Of a stretch of DNA of 64,000 nucleotides, positions 15,015 through 27,989 are shown one piece after another. Numbering within the stretch: position 1 is the first letter of the stretch; every line of letters begins with the position of its first letter. Source of the DNA: Antedon mediterranea. Taxonomy: Eukaryota > Animalia > Echinodermata. Below the pieces are notes generated by a model. The model did not search any database, was not told the DNA's origin, and saw only the letters and a program-made list of their open reading frames with translations. Both the position numbers and the translations under genes were made by a program. Where the stretch lies: NCBI RefSeq assembly GCF_964355755.1, contig NC_092671.1:16430001-16494000 (forward strand). The letters run 5' to 3'.

Positions 15015-16300
15015 TATATTTAGTCTCAGCAGTAATTAAATTTGAATTGGAGGATTATTAATTATCAAATTTATAACTTCAGTACCATATTTCTCTATCA
15101 TTTTAATTCAATTGACTGAACATGAACACATTCCAAAGTTCATAACTTAACAAGAGATATGATTTGACCAAGGACAAAACTTAATAATAGATTACTGCAA
15201 TTCAAAATTGTTGTACAGTACCATATTGCAAATAAGAAAATTTCTGCATCTATTTTTTCAAACACATTGTTTTATATTGCATGTGTAATAATAATTAGTA
15301 TTGGTAACAAAGATGAAATAAATATTTACTAAAAAGAAAACTATTACCTGTTAATATTATTATGGTCTTTTTTAAGCATTGTAGGAGTGATCGCTCACCT
15401 AAAATGCCCCAGAGGTGTGCACACTTAAATTTGTTAAGCTTTTAAACACCATCAAACAGTACAGTACATACATCATCTCTGAATGTGTTTAGAAGTGCAA
15501 TTTGTAGCACAATTCCTTGCAATATTCAAAAGGCCTGCCTGCCACAGTAGTGATTCAACCATGATTTTATTGCAAATGGCAGATATTAATCAACAGCAAA
15601 GCTACACTAGTAGTACAGTGTTTTATAAAACACAAGACTAGGTTGATGCATAAACATCTCAAGCTTAACATTCAGCAAACTTTGATGCGAGAAGATAATC
15701 ATTAAATTTAAATCCACTGTCAAAACCCTCGACACACAAATGAAAACAATTGTACAAATGAATTACATCATTCATGAGCCTTTATTATCTTACCAAATCT
15801 GTTACATTTAATCTATATTCATGATTTCAGACTAGTTTCTCAAAATAGAAAGGTATAAGCAGTGAACTGTTTACAGTAAACATGAAGCTATTTTATACAG
15901 CAGTTCCATGTAGTAAGCACACAAAAATGTTAAGCAATATGTCTCATTCTGAATCTAGAACAGTATAGTACAGTATACTGAAACAAAATTGTGGAAAGAA
16001 TAAACAAATAAAGTAATAATAATACTGCAGTAGGATTGTCACAATAAAGATGATTATAGAAATAGTCAATAAAAGAAACTTTCCCAAAGGCAACTCAATT
16101 AAGTCACAGTTATCACCGCAAGCAAATTAACTTTTCATTGTTAATGGAAGACGATACACTTCCATTCTCTAAAATTCCCGGACACATAATTGTCATCCAT
16201 TCTATTTTTTCTTTCAAATTTAATACATTACTTATTTTAATATAATTCTTTTATAATGTGTTCCGGTTTTCTTTATTAATAAATTGATATATCGATTAAA

Positions 16301-19300
16301 TTAATCGCTTTTGAGTTTACTTAAAAGTGCATCACATGTTTTCTTAGCATCGCCCAACAACATGGAGGTATTTGGTTTGTAAAATATTGGGTTATCCACA
16401 GCAGCGTAGCCTACGCCAAGAGACCTCTTCATTACAATAACCTGCTTAGATTTCCATACCTGCAAAACAGGCATACCAGCTATTATAGAGTTAGGATCTT
16501 CTTCTGCTGCCGAGTTAACCGTATCATTGGCACCGATAACCAGGACAAGATCGTTATCTGGAAAGTCATCATTAATTTCATCCATTTCTAAAACAACATC
16601 ATAAGACACACCAGCTTCTGCAAGAAGTACATTGAGTTGTCCAGGCATACGTCCAGCAACTGGATGGATTCCGAATCGAACTTCTTTACCTAAACCTCTA
16701 AGGTGGCTTACCATGTCTGCAATAGGATACTGAGCCTTGGCAACACATAGACCATATCCTGGAACAATAATGATGTTCTGGGCATCATTGATGATATCAA
16801 CTGCTCCACTAACATCTACTTCTGTGTGTGTACCGGTTATTTCCATAGGCTTGCCAGTTCCAGTTGATGATGTACCATATCCACCCAAAATAACATTTGG
16901 CAGTGATCTATTCATAGCAACACACATAATGTAGGAAAGAATGGCACCAGAGGAGCCGATCAATGCACCCACAATTGTCATCAAATTGTTGTTCAACATA
17001 AAACCTTCTGCACACAATGCCCAACCACTATAGCTATTAAGAACAGTGATTACGACAGGCATATCTGCACCACCGATTGCCATTGTTAAGGTAACACCCA
17101 TAGCAGATGACAAAACACTAGTGGCCGTCAAACTACTTAAATCAGCAAAGTATCCTGGATTTGTCATGTAATAGCCCAGTAAACCAACATTTGCAGCAAG
17201 CAGCCCAGAGTTCAATGCATTTCGCCCAGGTAACAGAAGGGGTTCACTTTTAAGAAGACCTTGCAACTTTCCATATGCTACCAATGACCCGGTAAATGTC
17301 ACACCACCAATGTATGTTCCAAGGAACAGAAATAGCTTAGTCATAGCAGCATGGGCTGGATCAGCAGCAAAGGTTGAGGCTTCACCCATGTAAGTCGATA
17401 CACAAGTCAAAACAGCAGCCAAGCCAACAAAACTATGAAAAGCAGCAACTAGCTGAGGGAGGTCTGTGATGGCAACACGTTTTGCAATAACTGATCCAAT
17501 TAAACCACCAACACCAATCATTCCAGCCATTTGTGTATATAATTCTGGTGAAGCTTTGAGGCTCATAAGGGTGGCAACCATACCAGTAGAAACACCCATA
17601 ATGCCAAGAGCATTTCCAAGTCTGCTGGTCTTCTGTGATGCAAGGCCTTGGAGAGCACCGACACAACATAATCCTCCTGCAAGGTAGCCCATCTGCTGTA
17701 CATCATAACCACTAAAATGACCTGCAGCATATGCACCCAAGGCTGCCAATCCAGGAACGGTATAAAGATAGTTGTATTCTGGAGGATCAGTAGGACGACG
17801 GAACATATCTAACATCCTTTGTGTTACAAGGAAGCCACCAAAGATGTTAATAGATGAGATAAAAGTAGCAGCTGCCGCTAAAGAACCGCCTGTAGAATTT
17901 GGCATGTAACCACCATTCATACATAAGAGTCCTCCAACTGCTGTTATACCCGAGATTGCATTTGTTACCGACATCAAAGGAGAATGAAGAGCAGGAGTAA
18001 CACCCCAGACAGTATGATAACCAACAATACCAGATAAGCCAAATATGGTTACCATTGTATTAAAAGCTGGTCCTGGAGATACTGCACCAATACCAATAAT
18101 AGAAGCTAAACCAGTCGAGTAGAGTGCAGCAGTTTTTGCTGTGTCAACAAATGGGTTTGGGGGTGGGGGTTCCACTTTGGCAACAGCTTGAGGAGCTGCT
18201 TGCTGGATAGCTTGTTCCTTTGGAGGTGGAGGTGGCCACATCATTTTTCCATCTTGAAGCACTAAAGAACCTCTGGTAACTTCATCTTCGTGGTCAAGGT
18301 AAAATTGGCCCTTTGGTCCAAGAGACACTAACAATTTTGAGATGTTGTTAGCATATAATGTACTTGCTTGTGTTGGTAATCTGCTGGGAAGGTCAGTGTA
18401 CCCAATATGTGTAACACCTTTGTACTTGTACAACTCGTTGGGCTTAGTAGTTTCAATATTACCACCCATTTCTGCAGCAAGATCCACAACAACTGATCCT
18501 TCATGCATGCTTTCAACCATTTCACGAGAGATTAGCTTTGGTGCTGGTTTGCCAGGAATAAGAGCAGTTGATATTAAAATATCTACTTCTCGGCATTGTT
18601 TGGCAAACAATTCCATCTCTGCTTTTATAAATTCTGGTGACATTTCTTTTGCATAACCTCCAGTACCTTCTCCAGATTCTTCAATTTCAACTTCAAGGAA
18701 TTCCGCTCCAAGAGACTGAACTTGTTCTTTTACAGCAGCTCGTGTATCAAAGCCTCTGACAACTGCTCCCATGCTCTTTGCAGTTCCGATTGCAGACAAT
18801 CCTGCTACTCCACCACCAATGACCAAAACTTTTGCAGGTGGGACCTTACCAGCAGCTGTAATTTGACCAGTAAAGAAACGACCAAAGTTATTAGCAGCTT
18901 CAACAACTGCTTTGTACCCTGCAATATTTGCCATTGAACTTAAAGCATCAAACACCTGGGCTCTGCTGATTCTGGGTACACAGTCCATTGCTAAAACTGT
19001 CAGTTTTTTATCAGACAGTTTCTTGAGAATTTCTTCATTCTGTGCTGGAAAAACAAAGCTTATAAGATTACCATGATCTTTGAAATAATCTGCTTCTTGT
19101 ATTGTTGGCACTCTAACCTTTAAAACAATATCAGATTTAAAGGCTTCTTGTTTCCCTGTGATTGATGCACCCGCATCTTGATAATCTTTGTTTGTAAAGT
19201 TAGCAAGAGCTCCAGCATTTTCTTCTATATTAACATTGTATCCTTCTTTCTTAAGTAATTTTACAGCAGCTGGGGACATGGCAACTCTGGATTCTTTTGC

Positions 19301-19489
19301 AAAGGATTCCTTAGGAACTCCAATGGTTAAGTTTTCACATGGAATTCCCTTGAGAGGAGGAACAGGATCTCCTGAAGAATTCCTCTTGGTTGTGGTGGTG
19401 AACCTTTGTCGTTGACCAATAAGAACATTACGTATATGCGACGTTGGCAAGCCATTAACATGGCAGACATTTGGCAAAAGACGGAACAT
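16301..19489 (-). CDS. NNT: Mitochondrial proton-translocating NAD(P) transhydrogenase, 1062 aa, single coding exon
   Basis: Presequence-like N-terminus; dI ([19 protein letters not shown]); dII helices ([36 protein letters not shown]); dIII ([43 protein letters not shown]). The ORF is uninterrupted. Confidence 0.98.
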   Translation of the reverse strand: MFRLLPNVCHVNGLPTSHIRNVLIGQRQRFTTTTKRNSSGDPVPPLKGIPCENLTIGVPKESFAKESRVAMSPAAVKLLKKEGYNVNIEENAGALANFTNKDYQDAGASITGKQEAFKSDIVLKVRVPTIQEADYFKDHGNLISFVFPAQNEEILKKLSDKKLTVLAMDCVPRISRAQVFDALSSMANIAGYKAVVEAANNFGRFFTGQITAAGKVPPAKVLVIGGGVAGLSAIGTAKSMGAVVRGFDTRAAVKEQVQSLGAEFLEVEIEESGEGTGGYAKEMSPEFIKAEMELFAKQCREVDILISTALIPGKPAPKLISREMVESMHEGSVVVDLAAEMGGNIETTKPNELYKYKGVTHIGYTDLPSRLPTQASTLYANNISKLLVSLGPKGQFYLDHEDEVTRGSLVLQDGKMMWPPPPPKEQAIQQAAPQAVAKVEPPPPNPFVDTAKTAALYSTGLASIIGIGAVSPGPAFNTMVTIFGLSGIVGYHTVWGVTPALHSPLMSVTNAISGITAVGGLLCMNGGYMPNSTGGSLAAAATFISSINIFGGFLVTQRMLDMFRRPTDPPEYNYLYTVPGLAALGAYAAGHFSGYDVQQMGYLAGGLCCVGALQGLASQKTSRLGNALGIMGVSTGMVATLMSLKASPELYTQMAGMIGVGGLIGSVIAKRVAITDLPQLVAAFHSFVGLAAVLTCVSTYMGEASTFAADPAHAAMTKLFLFLGTYIGGVTFTGSLVAYGKLQGLLKSEPLLLPGRNALNSGLLAANVGLLGYYMTNPGYFADLSSLTATSVLSSAMGVTLTMAIGGADMPVVITVLNSYSGWALCAEGFMLNNNLMTIVGALIGSSGAILSYIMCVAMNRSLPNVILGGYGTSSTGTGKPMEITGTHTEVDVSGAVDIINDAQNIIIVPGYGLCVAKAQYPIADMVSHLRGLGKEVRFGIHPVAGRMPGQLNVLLAEAGVSYDVVLEMDEINDDFPDNDLVLVIGANDTVNSAAEEDPNSIIAGMPVLQVWKSKQVIVMKRSLGVGYAAVDNPIFYKPNTSMLLGDAKKTCDALLSKLKSD

Positions 19490-19997
19490 CTTGAGTTATT
19501 CTGCAAAAAATCATGAACAAAATTACCGCATCACTTTTTTGTAATTTTAATTTACAAGTCATCATAATCAAATATTTACTAATTGTGTCAATAGTTACCA
19601 TGAAATTAAATACAAAACATAACAAAATGTTAATATACCAAATAAATGAAGAGAGTATGGAAATAAACACCACTAGAGACAGGCGTCAGTGCTTGGGTGG
19701 CTTTTTTTATTTATCCTACAAAACAAAAAAGAATACAAATATAATTTAATACAACAGTATATAATAAATGATTATGCTCAAATAAATACTTAAATTTATT
19801 GTAAAAAAATCTTTCTATCCTTTAATTACCAATTAATTAGGCTACGCATGCAATACATCAGTCTGATAATGACGCCTTTCCCGCGTTTGGTAGGAGGTGG
19901 CTTCTCGCACAAAAATTGAGATTGGCCTAGCCTACACTACTGTACAGTCAGTATTTCCACGATGCTTAAAACACTTAATAGAAAGTTAAAAGCTAAC

Positions 19998-20120
19998 CTT
20001 TGTTGAATAAAATTCTCCTACCAGCTTTCTTGAAAGAAACTCTGGCTGGAGATCAACCACTTATCTCCATAAGGTATGTTGAAAATCAATAAAACAAGAG
20101 CTGATCACAACGTGTACACC
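19998..20120 (-). other. NNT: Putative NNT non-coding exon 1 (5'UTR intron 19501-19997)
   Basis: Minus-strand donor AAG|GTTAGC at 19997 and acceptor TTTTTTGCAG at 19501, 11 nt before the ATG. The TSS position is approximate. Confidence 0.55.
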
Positions 20121-20240
20121 GGCGTAATGGCGGCGCCGGTTTCGATATGACAGGAAGGTCTAGCATACCAAATTGGATGTGTTCGATGTGCGACTGTTCC
20201 GGAAGTGATAGTCTCGCTTTCGAATACAGTACTATCGTAT
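20100..20240. promoter_or_regulatory. Putative bidirectional promoter NNT/IDH2
   Basis: Local CpG-rich patch in AT-rich DNA. YY1-like AATGGCGGC at 20126; palindromic ETS/GABP TTCCGGAAGTG at 20197. Confidence 0.6.
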
Positions 20241-20410
20241 AGATTGTTATAACCCTGAAGCATAGAAACACATATCCCCAAGAAAGTTTATATAGTATAT
20301 TATTACAATTATATCATTCATTTTATGATTGAAAACTAAAAAGTACATTATATTACATATTATAAATATAAGACATATTAATATTAATATTCTCCTGCTG
20401 AAGATTGAAC

Positions 20411-20429
20411 ATGTCTAAAGTCAACTTTG
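20411..20429 (+). CDS. IDH2: Candidate alternative first coding exon of IDH2 (MSKVNF-, presequence-less isoform)
   Basis: AACATGTCTAAAGTCAACTTTG|GTACGT: A at -3 and a strong phase-1 donor. In frame with the exon at 34022, giving [27 protein letters not shown]. Confidence 0.5.
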
Positions 20430-20779
20430 GTACGTTGAATATAACTCAACATTTTAACCAATCAGTGGCGTAGGTTTGAGACTACTCGCCATGTGTCAAT
20501 CCAAATTTTAATCTGCCATACTTTGTCCTTTCGGTTGTAGCTGTCTGCAGGTATAGTATGTAGTTGTTTTTTGATAACAGAGAACTATCACTTATGCCAT
20601 CCTCGTATATAATTAATTTTGTACGGAAAATACATTTAATTGATTATATCATTAGGTAGAGTTTTATTCTTATAGTTAATTATCACTAATATATATAATT
20701 TTTTAAATGTTAGACATATATTTTAAAATAACTATAAATAGATATATAATTACACAAACTCAAGATGTTCTTTTCTGCC

Positions 20780-21620
20780 TGAAACCTAGGCCCTATAGCC
20801 TAGGCCTCCTCCTCCTCCTCTCTCTGCTCTCACTTCGTTCGTTTCGCTACCTGATCCGTGCAGGCCTAGGCCTAGGCTAGACTGGATATTATGATTGCAA
20901 GCCAAAAAGGTAGATTTAGAAGCATATTTTATTGATTACCCATCATCAGTGTCACCCTTAACAGATAGTTAAGCTATATTTGTAGGTCATAGCTTATTTC
21001 AGACAATATTTTAGCCTCCAAACAAAAAGGGCAGATTAGGCCTACCTAGCCTAGGCCTAGCTAGATAGAAGTCTAGCTAGCTAGCTAGGGCCTAGGCCTA
21101 GTTAGGCTAGCATCTCTCTACTCTAGCTAGTAGTTTAGGCCTATGTAGGCCTAGTACTACTAGGCCTATAGCCTAGCTAGGCCTACTAGGGCTAGCCTAG
21201 TCTAGCTAGGCCTAGAAATAGAAAGAAGTACCCTAGTACTAGCAGCCTACTACTAGACTACTATGACGTACTGCTACTAGGCTAGGCCCACCTGGTTAGG
21301 CCTTACTAGGGAACTGGTAGGCTAGCTAGCTAGGCCTACTTACTAGCTAATAAGTAGCTAGGCCTAGGCTGCCTAACTAGCTAGCTCTATGTATTCTAGT
21401 TAGGGCCTAGACTAGTTTATTAGGCCTTAGTCTTAGTTTAGGCTGATTAGGCCTGCCTAGTCCTAGTTAAATAAATAGGCATATAACCAGGCTCAGTCTA
21501 AACACTCTAGGCCTATCTATATGAGACCTGTGCTATTAATTATAGGACTAGGCCTAGGGCCTTGCTAGCTAGCCAGCAGAATGGTCTAGAGAGGCATAGG
21601 CCTAGCTAGGGATAGGCTGG
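20780..21620. repeat. Low-complexity CTAG/AGCT/GGCC tract (TAGGCCTA/CTAGCTAG mosaic)
   Basis: Dense irregular concatenation of short palindromes; no ORF. Confidence 0.8.
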
Positions 21621-22019
21621 GGGGTCATAGACAGCCTATCTATATAAAATATTGGATAGGTAGGTAGGAGTATTAAGATTCATCAGTGTGTAAGTTGATT
21701 TCATTGCTAATGCCAAGGTATTAGGCCTGTTTATTTTCAGGTTGAAAGCAATGGATAAACAGAGATTCAATTCTACAACAAAAGAGACAAAAGTCAAACT
21801 CAAACTGATAATTAACAATGTTTCCAGTTAATTATTGTTAATTATTTTAATAGATTGTAGTGACCCTAACTACCTTACTGTTTGTGTATGGCTGTAATAT
21901 TATATTAAATGTCATCACAATTAGTAAGGTTGTGAGGCTTCACAATTTCAAACAACTCTTCTTGTGTCTCTTCTTCATGTGGATGGATTAAAAAATACTG
22001 TGAGTATTGTACACTATTT

Positions 22020-24060
22020 ATATGAATATATCATCAATCACAATATCAAATATGATCAGTGTAGTCAAAATTTGATAACTTAGCATGCATCTTTTAATAT
22101 CTACATCATCAATAATTAATATTAATATAAATCTACATCACAATGTTGGATATGATCTTTGTAGTCAAAATTTGATAACTGAGCACGCATCTTTTAATAA
22201 CTACCTTATCAATAACTATTAATAATATCCTATATCACAATGTAGGATATGATCAGTGTTAGTCATAATTTGATAACTGAGCACGCATCTTTTAATATCT
22301 ACCTCATCAATAATTAATATTAATATCATAATATATCACATTGTTCGATATGATCAGTGTAGTCAGAATTTGATAACTGAGCACGCATCTTTTAATATAT
22401 ACCTTATAAATGACTATTAATAATATCCTATATCACAATGTTTGATATGATTAGTGTAGTCATAATTTGATAACTGAGCACGCATCTTTCAATATCTATT
22501 TCATCAATAATTATTATTAATAATTTATATCACATTGTTGGATATGATCAGTGTAGTCATAATTTGATAACTGAGCAAAAATCTTTTAATATCTACCTCA
22601 TCAATAATTATTAATAATAATCTATATCACACTGTTGGATACTGTATGATCTGTTTAGTTTTTTAATATATACCTTATCAATATAACTATTAATAATATC
22701 CTATATCACATTGTTGGTCCGGATATGATCAGTGTAGTCATAATTTGATAACTGAGCACGCATCTTTTAATATCTACCTCATCAATAATTATTATTAATA
22801 TCTTATATCACATTGTTGGATAATGATCAGTGTAGTCAGAATTTGATAACTGGGCATGCATCTTTAAATATCTACCTTTCAATAATTATTATTAATAATC
22901 TATATCACATTGTTGGATATGATCAGTGTAGTCATAATTTGATAACTGAGCACGCATCTTTTAATATCTACATCATCAATAATTGTTATTAATATCTTAT
23001 ATCACATTGTTGGATAATGATCAGTGTAGTCAGAATTTGATAACTGAGCACGCATCTTTTAATATCTACCTCATCAATAATTATTATTAATACTCTACAT
23101 CACACTGTTGGATATGATCAGTGTAGTCATAATTTGATAACTGAGCATGCATCTTTCAATATCTACCTCATCAATAATTAATATTAATAATCTATATCGC
23201 ATTCTTCAATATGATCAGTGTAGTCATAATATGATAACTGAGCATGCATCTTTTAATATCTACCTTATCAATGACTATTAATAATATCCTATATCACAAT
23301 GTTGGATATGATTAGTGTAGTCATAATTTGATAACTGAGCACGCATCTTTCAATATCTATTTCATCAATAATTATTATTAATAATTTATATCACATTGTT
23401 GGATATGATCAGTGTAGTTAGTCATAATTTGATAACTGAGCATACATCCTTAAATATCTACCTCATTAATAATTAATATTAATAATCTATATCACACTGT
23501 TGGATATGATGTGTTTAGTTTTTTAATATCTACCTTATCAATAACTATTAATAATATCCTATATCACAATGTTGGAAATGATTAGTGTAGTCATAGTTTG
23601 ATAACTGAGCATACATATTTTAATATCTACCTCATCAATAATTATTATTAATAATCTATATCACAATGTTGGGTATGATTAGTGTAGTCATAATTTGATA
23701 ACTGAGCACGCATCTTTCAATATCTATTTCATCAATAATTATTATTAATAATCTATATCACATAGTTGGATATGATCAGTAGTCATAAATTGATAACTGA
23801 GCAAAAATCTTTTAATTTCTGCATCATCATTAATTAATATTAATAATCTATATCAAACTGTTGGATATGATCTGTTTAGGTTTTTAATATCTACCTTTTC
23901 CATAACTATTAATAATATTCTATATCACAATTTTGGATATGATCAGTGTAATCATAGTTTGAACTACCTCAACAATAATTAATATTAATTGTCTATATAC
24001 CAATATCAAATATGATCAGTGTAGGCCTAGTCATTTGATAACTGAGCATGCATCATTTTA
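22020..24060 (+). repeat. 97-bp satellite A, left arm (~20 copies, some truncated)
   Basis: Unit TATGATCAGTGTAGTCATAATTTGATAACTGAGCACGCATCTTTTAATATCTACCTCATCAATAATTATTATTAATAATCTATATCACATTGTTGGA. Confidence 0.95.
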
Positions 24061-24089
24061 TATCTGCTTCAAATATTAATATTGTCTTA

Positions 24090-27000
24090 ATATAATAAGT
24101 GGTTTGAAGGATGTTTGCAGATGGCCTTTTTTGCATTGTAAAGTTTACACTTTAAAATCTGTCAATTTATCCAAAAAGGTCAAACTGACCTATTTCAATA
24201 AAATCATTTTATAAGTTGTCTTCTTTTATAGTTTTAGTGATAATCAATATTAAGTGGTTTTTTACCCCAAAAAAGTCAAACCTAGAGCTATTTTAATAAA
24301 ATGATTTCATAAATTGTCTTCTTTTACAGTTCTAGTAGTGGTATAATCAATATTAAGTGGTTTGAATGATGTTTGTGGGGTATTTTTTAATTAAGTTTAC
24401 GCAGTTTACATGGTAAAATCTGTAAATTATCCAAAATTGACATTTTTCACTCCTAAAAAAATCTTAGAGCCATTTCAATAAAATTATTTCATAAATTGTC
24501 CTCTTTTATAGTTCTAGTAGTGGTATAATCAGTATTCAATTGTTTGAATGATGTTTGTGGGGTATTTTTTAATTAAGTTTGCACAGTTTACATGGTAAAA
24601 TGTGTCAATTTATTCCTAGAGCTATTTCAATAAAATTATTTCATAATCACCCCAAAAATGTCAAACCTAGAACTATTTTAATAAAATGATTTCATAAATT
24701 GTCTTCTTTTATAGTTCTAGTAGTGGTATAATCAGTATTCAATTGTTTGAATGATGTTTGTGGGGTATTTTTTAAAGTTTGCATTAAGTTTACGCAGTTT
24801 ACATGGTAAAATCTGTCAATTATCCAAAATTGACATTTTTCACTCCTAAAAAAATCTTAGAGCCATTTCAATAAAATTATTTCATAACTTGTCCTCTTTT
24901 ATAGTTCTAATAATAATATAATCAATATTAAGTGGTTTGGATGATGTTTGTGGGGTGTTTTTTAAAAGTTTGCACAGTTTACATGGTAAAATGTGTCAAT
25001 TTATTCCTAGAGCTATTTCAATAAAATTATTTTATAATCACCCCAAAAATGTCAAACCTAGAACTATTTTAATAAAATGATTTCATAAATTGTCTTCTTT
25101 TATAGTTCTAGTAGTGGTATAATCAGTATTCAATTGTTTGGATGATGTTTGTGGGTGTTTTTTTAAAGTTTGCATTAAGTTTACGCAGTTTAAATGGTAA
25201 AATCTGTAAATTTATCCAAAATTGACATTTTTCACCCTAAAAAATCAAACCTAGAGCTATTTCAATAAAATGATTTCATAAATTGTTCTATTTTACAGTT
25301 CTTGTAGTGGTATAATCAATATTAAGTTGTTTGGATGATGTTTGTGGGTGTTTTTTAAAAGTTGGCATTAAGTTTACGCAGTTTAAATGGTAAAATCTGT
25401 AAATTTATCCAAAATTGACATTTTTCACCCTAAAAAGTCAAACTTAGAGCTATTTCAATAAATTGATTTCAAAAATTGTCTTCTTTTACAGTTCTAGTAG
25501 TGATATAATCAATATTAAGTGGTTTGAATGATGTTTGTGGGGTGTTTTTTTAAGTTTGCATTAAGTTTACGCAGTTTACATGGTAAAATCTGAAAATTTA
25601 TCGAAAATTGACATTTTTTACCCTAAAAATTCAAACCTAGAGCTATTTCAATAAAAATGATTTCATAAATTGTCCTCTTTTATAGTTGTATAGTAGTGGT
25701 ATAATCGATATTAAGTGGTTTGGATGATGTTTGTTGGGTGTTTTTTTAAAGTTTGCACAGTTTACATGGTAAAATCTGTCAATTTATCCAAAAATTGACA
25801 TTTTTTACCCTAAAAATTCAAACCTAGAGCTATTTCAATAAAAATGATTTCATAAATTGTCCTCTTTTATAGTTCTTGTAGTGGTATAATCAGTATTCAA
25901 TTGTTTGGATGATGTTTGTGGGTGTTTTTTTAAAGTTTGCATTAAGTTTACGGAGTTTAAATGGTAAAATCTGTAAATTTATCCAAAATTGACATTTTTC
26001 ACCCTAAAAAATCAAACCTAGAGCTATTTCAATAAAATGATTTCTTAAATTGTCCTCTTTTATAGTTCTTGTAGTGGTATAATCAATATTAAGTTGTTTG
26101 GATGATGTTTGTGGGTGTTTTTTTAAAGTTTGCATTAAGTTTACACAGTTTAAATGGTAAAATCTGTAAATTTATCCAAAATTGACATTTTTCACCCTAA
26201 AAAGTCAAACTTAGAGCTATTTCAATAAATTGATTTCAAAAATTGTCTTCTTTTACAGTTCTAGTAGTGATATAATCAATATTAAGTGGTTTGAATGATG
26301 TTTGTGGGGTGTTTTTTTAAGTTTGCATTAAGTTTACGCAGTTTACATGGTAAAATCTGAAAATTTATCAAAAATTGACATTTTTTACCCTAAAAATTCA
26401 AACCTAGAGCTATTTCAATAAAAATGATTTCATAAATTGTCCTCTTTTATAGTTCTTGTAGTGGTATAATCAGTATTCAATTGTTTGGATGATGTTTGTG
26501 GGTGTTTTTTTAAAGTTTGCATTAAGTTTACGCAGTTTAAATGGTAAAATCTGTAAATTTATCCAAAATTGACATTTTTCACCCTAAAAACTCAAACCTA
26601 GAGCTATTTCAATAAAATGATTTCATAAATTGTCCTCTTTTATAGTTCTTGTAGTGGTATAATCAATATTAAGTTGTTTGGATGATGTTTGTGGGTGTTT
26701 TTTTAAAGTTTGCATTAAGTTTACGCAGTTTAAATGGTAAAATCTGTAAATTTATCCAAAATTGACATTTTTCACCCTAAAAAGTCAAACTTAGAGCTAT
26801 TTCAATAAATTGATTTCAAAAATTGTCTTCTTTTACAGTTCTAGTAGTGATATAATCAATATTAAGTGGTTTGAATGATGTTTGTGGGGTGTTTTTTTAA
26901 GTTTGCATTAAGTTTACGCAGTTTACATGGTAAAATCTGAAAATTTATCAAAAATTGACATTTTTTACCCTAAAAATTCAAACCTAGAGCTATTTCAATA

Positions 27001-27340
27001 AAAATTATTTCATAAATTGTCCTCTTTTATAGTTCTAGTAGTGGTATAATCGATATTAAGTGGTTTGGATGATGTTTGTTGGGTGTTTTTTTAAAGTTTG
27101 CACAGTTTACATGGTAAAATCTGTCAATTTATCCAAAATTGACATTTTCACCCTAAAATATCAAACCTAGAGCTATTTCAATGAAATGATTTCATAAATT
27201 GTCCTCTTTTATAGTTCTTGTAGTGGTATAATCAATATTAAGTTGTTTGGATGATGTTTGTGGGTGTTTTTTTAAAGTTTGCATTAAGTTTACGCAGTTT
27301 AAATGGTAAAATCTGTAAATTTATCCAAAATTGACATTTT
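24090..27340 (+). repeat. ~193-bp satellite B (~17 copies)
   Basis: AGAGCTAT anchors at 25253, 25446, 25639, 25826, 26020 (spacing 187-194). Unit includes GATGATGTTTGTGGG and GGTAAAATCTG. Confidence 0.95.
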
Positions 27341-27989
27341 AAAACACAAACTAGGTTGTAAAAAGTGAAGGAAGTAATTATATTTTAATATTGTTTGGTA
27401 ATAAAGATGGCTATCATAAATGGCAATAACTGATTAGCCGAGACCAATGACATTTAAAACAACTCCTACTTAAAATTCCCTACTTATACAGTACAGCAGC
27501 TTTTTGATTGGCTGCAAGTTTAGTTTTCTGAAATGGTATAAATAATTATTAATCAATAAGATTACTGGATTTCTTTAGTATTTCTGACACATTTCCAATC
27601 TTAATTGAATTATTAATGTAATGGAAATTGGTCATAGGCCTATTATAACAACATATCATTTCTGGAAGAGTATTACGGTCTGTATAGATCGATGTTAAAA
27701 CACACGTCCTCATTTATCAAATTATTTATTCACTGCACATTTATTCTGTTAAGAAGAACTGGGACCCTCAATAGAAGCCAAAGCATGTCTCATGATGGCC
27801 CCTACAATACATATCAAACATAAAAAGATATGGAATATTTTTATTTTTACACGTTCATCATAAACGATGCGTTCTTAAAAGTATAAATTTAAACAGAAAA
27901 CGGATACAAATCAAGAGGGTAATTGGAACAAAAGAATAACACATTTTCAAAACCCATCGACTCGATCTCTTGTATACAGTAAATCTAAC

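Noticed and set aside
16737-19415. Short ORFs overlapping NNT (antisense or alternative frame)
   Set aside because: Shadow ORFs of the long coding sequence.
16301-19489. Bacterial pntAB contamination or horizontal transfer
   Set aside because: Fused alpha-beta order with a presequence and a spliceosomal acceptor upstream is the animal NNT architecture.
20491-20511. ATG at 20491 as the IDH2 start
   Set aside because: Stops after 6 codons (MCQSKF*); at most a uORF.
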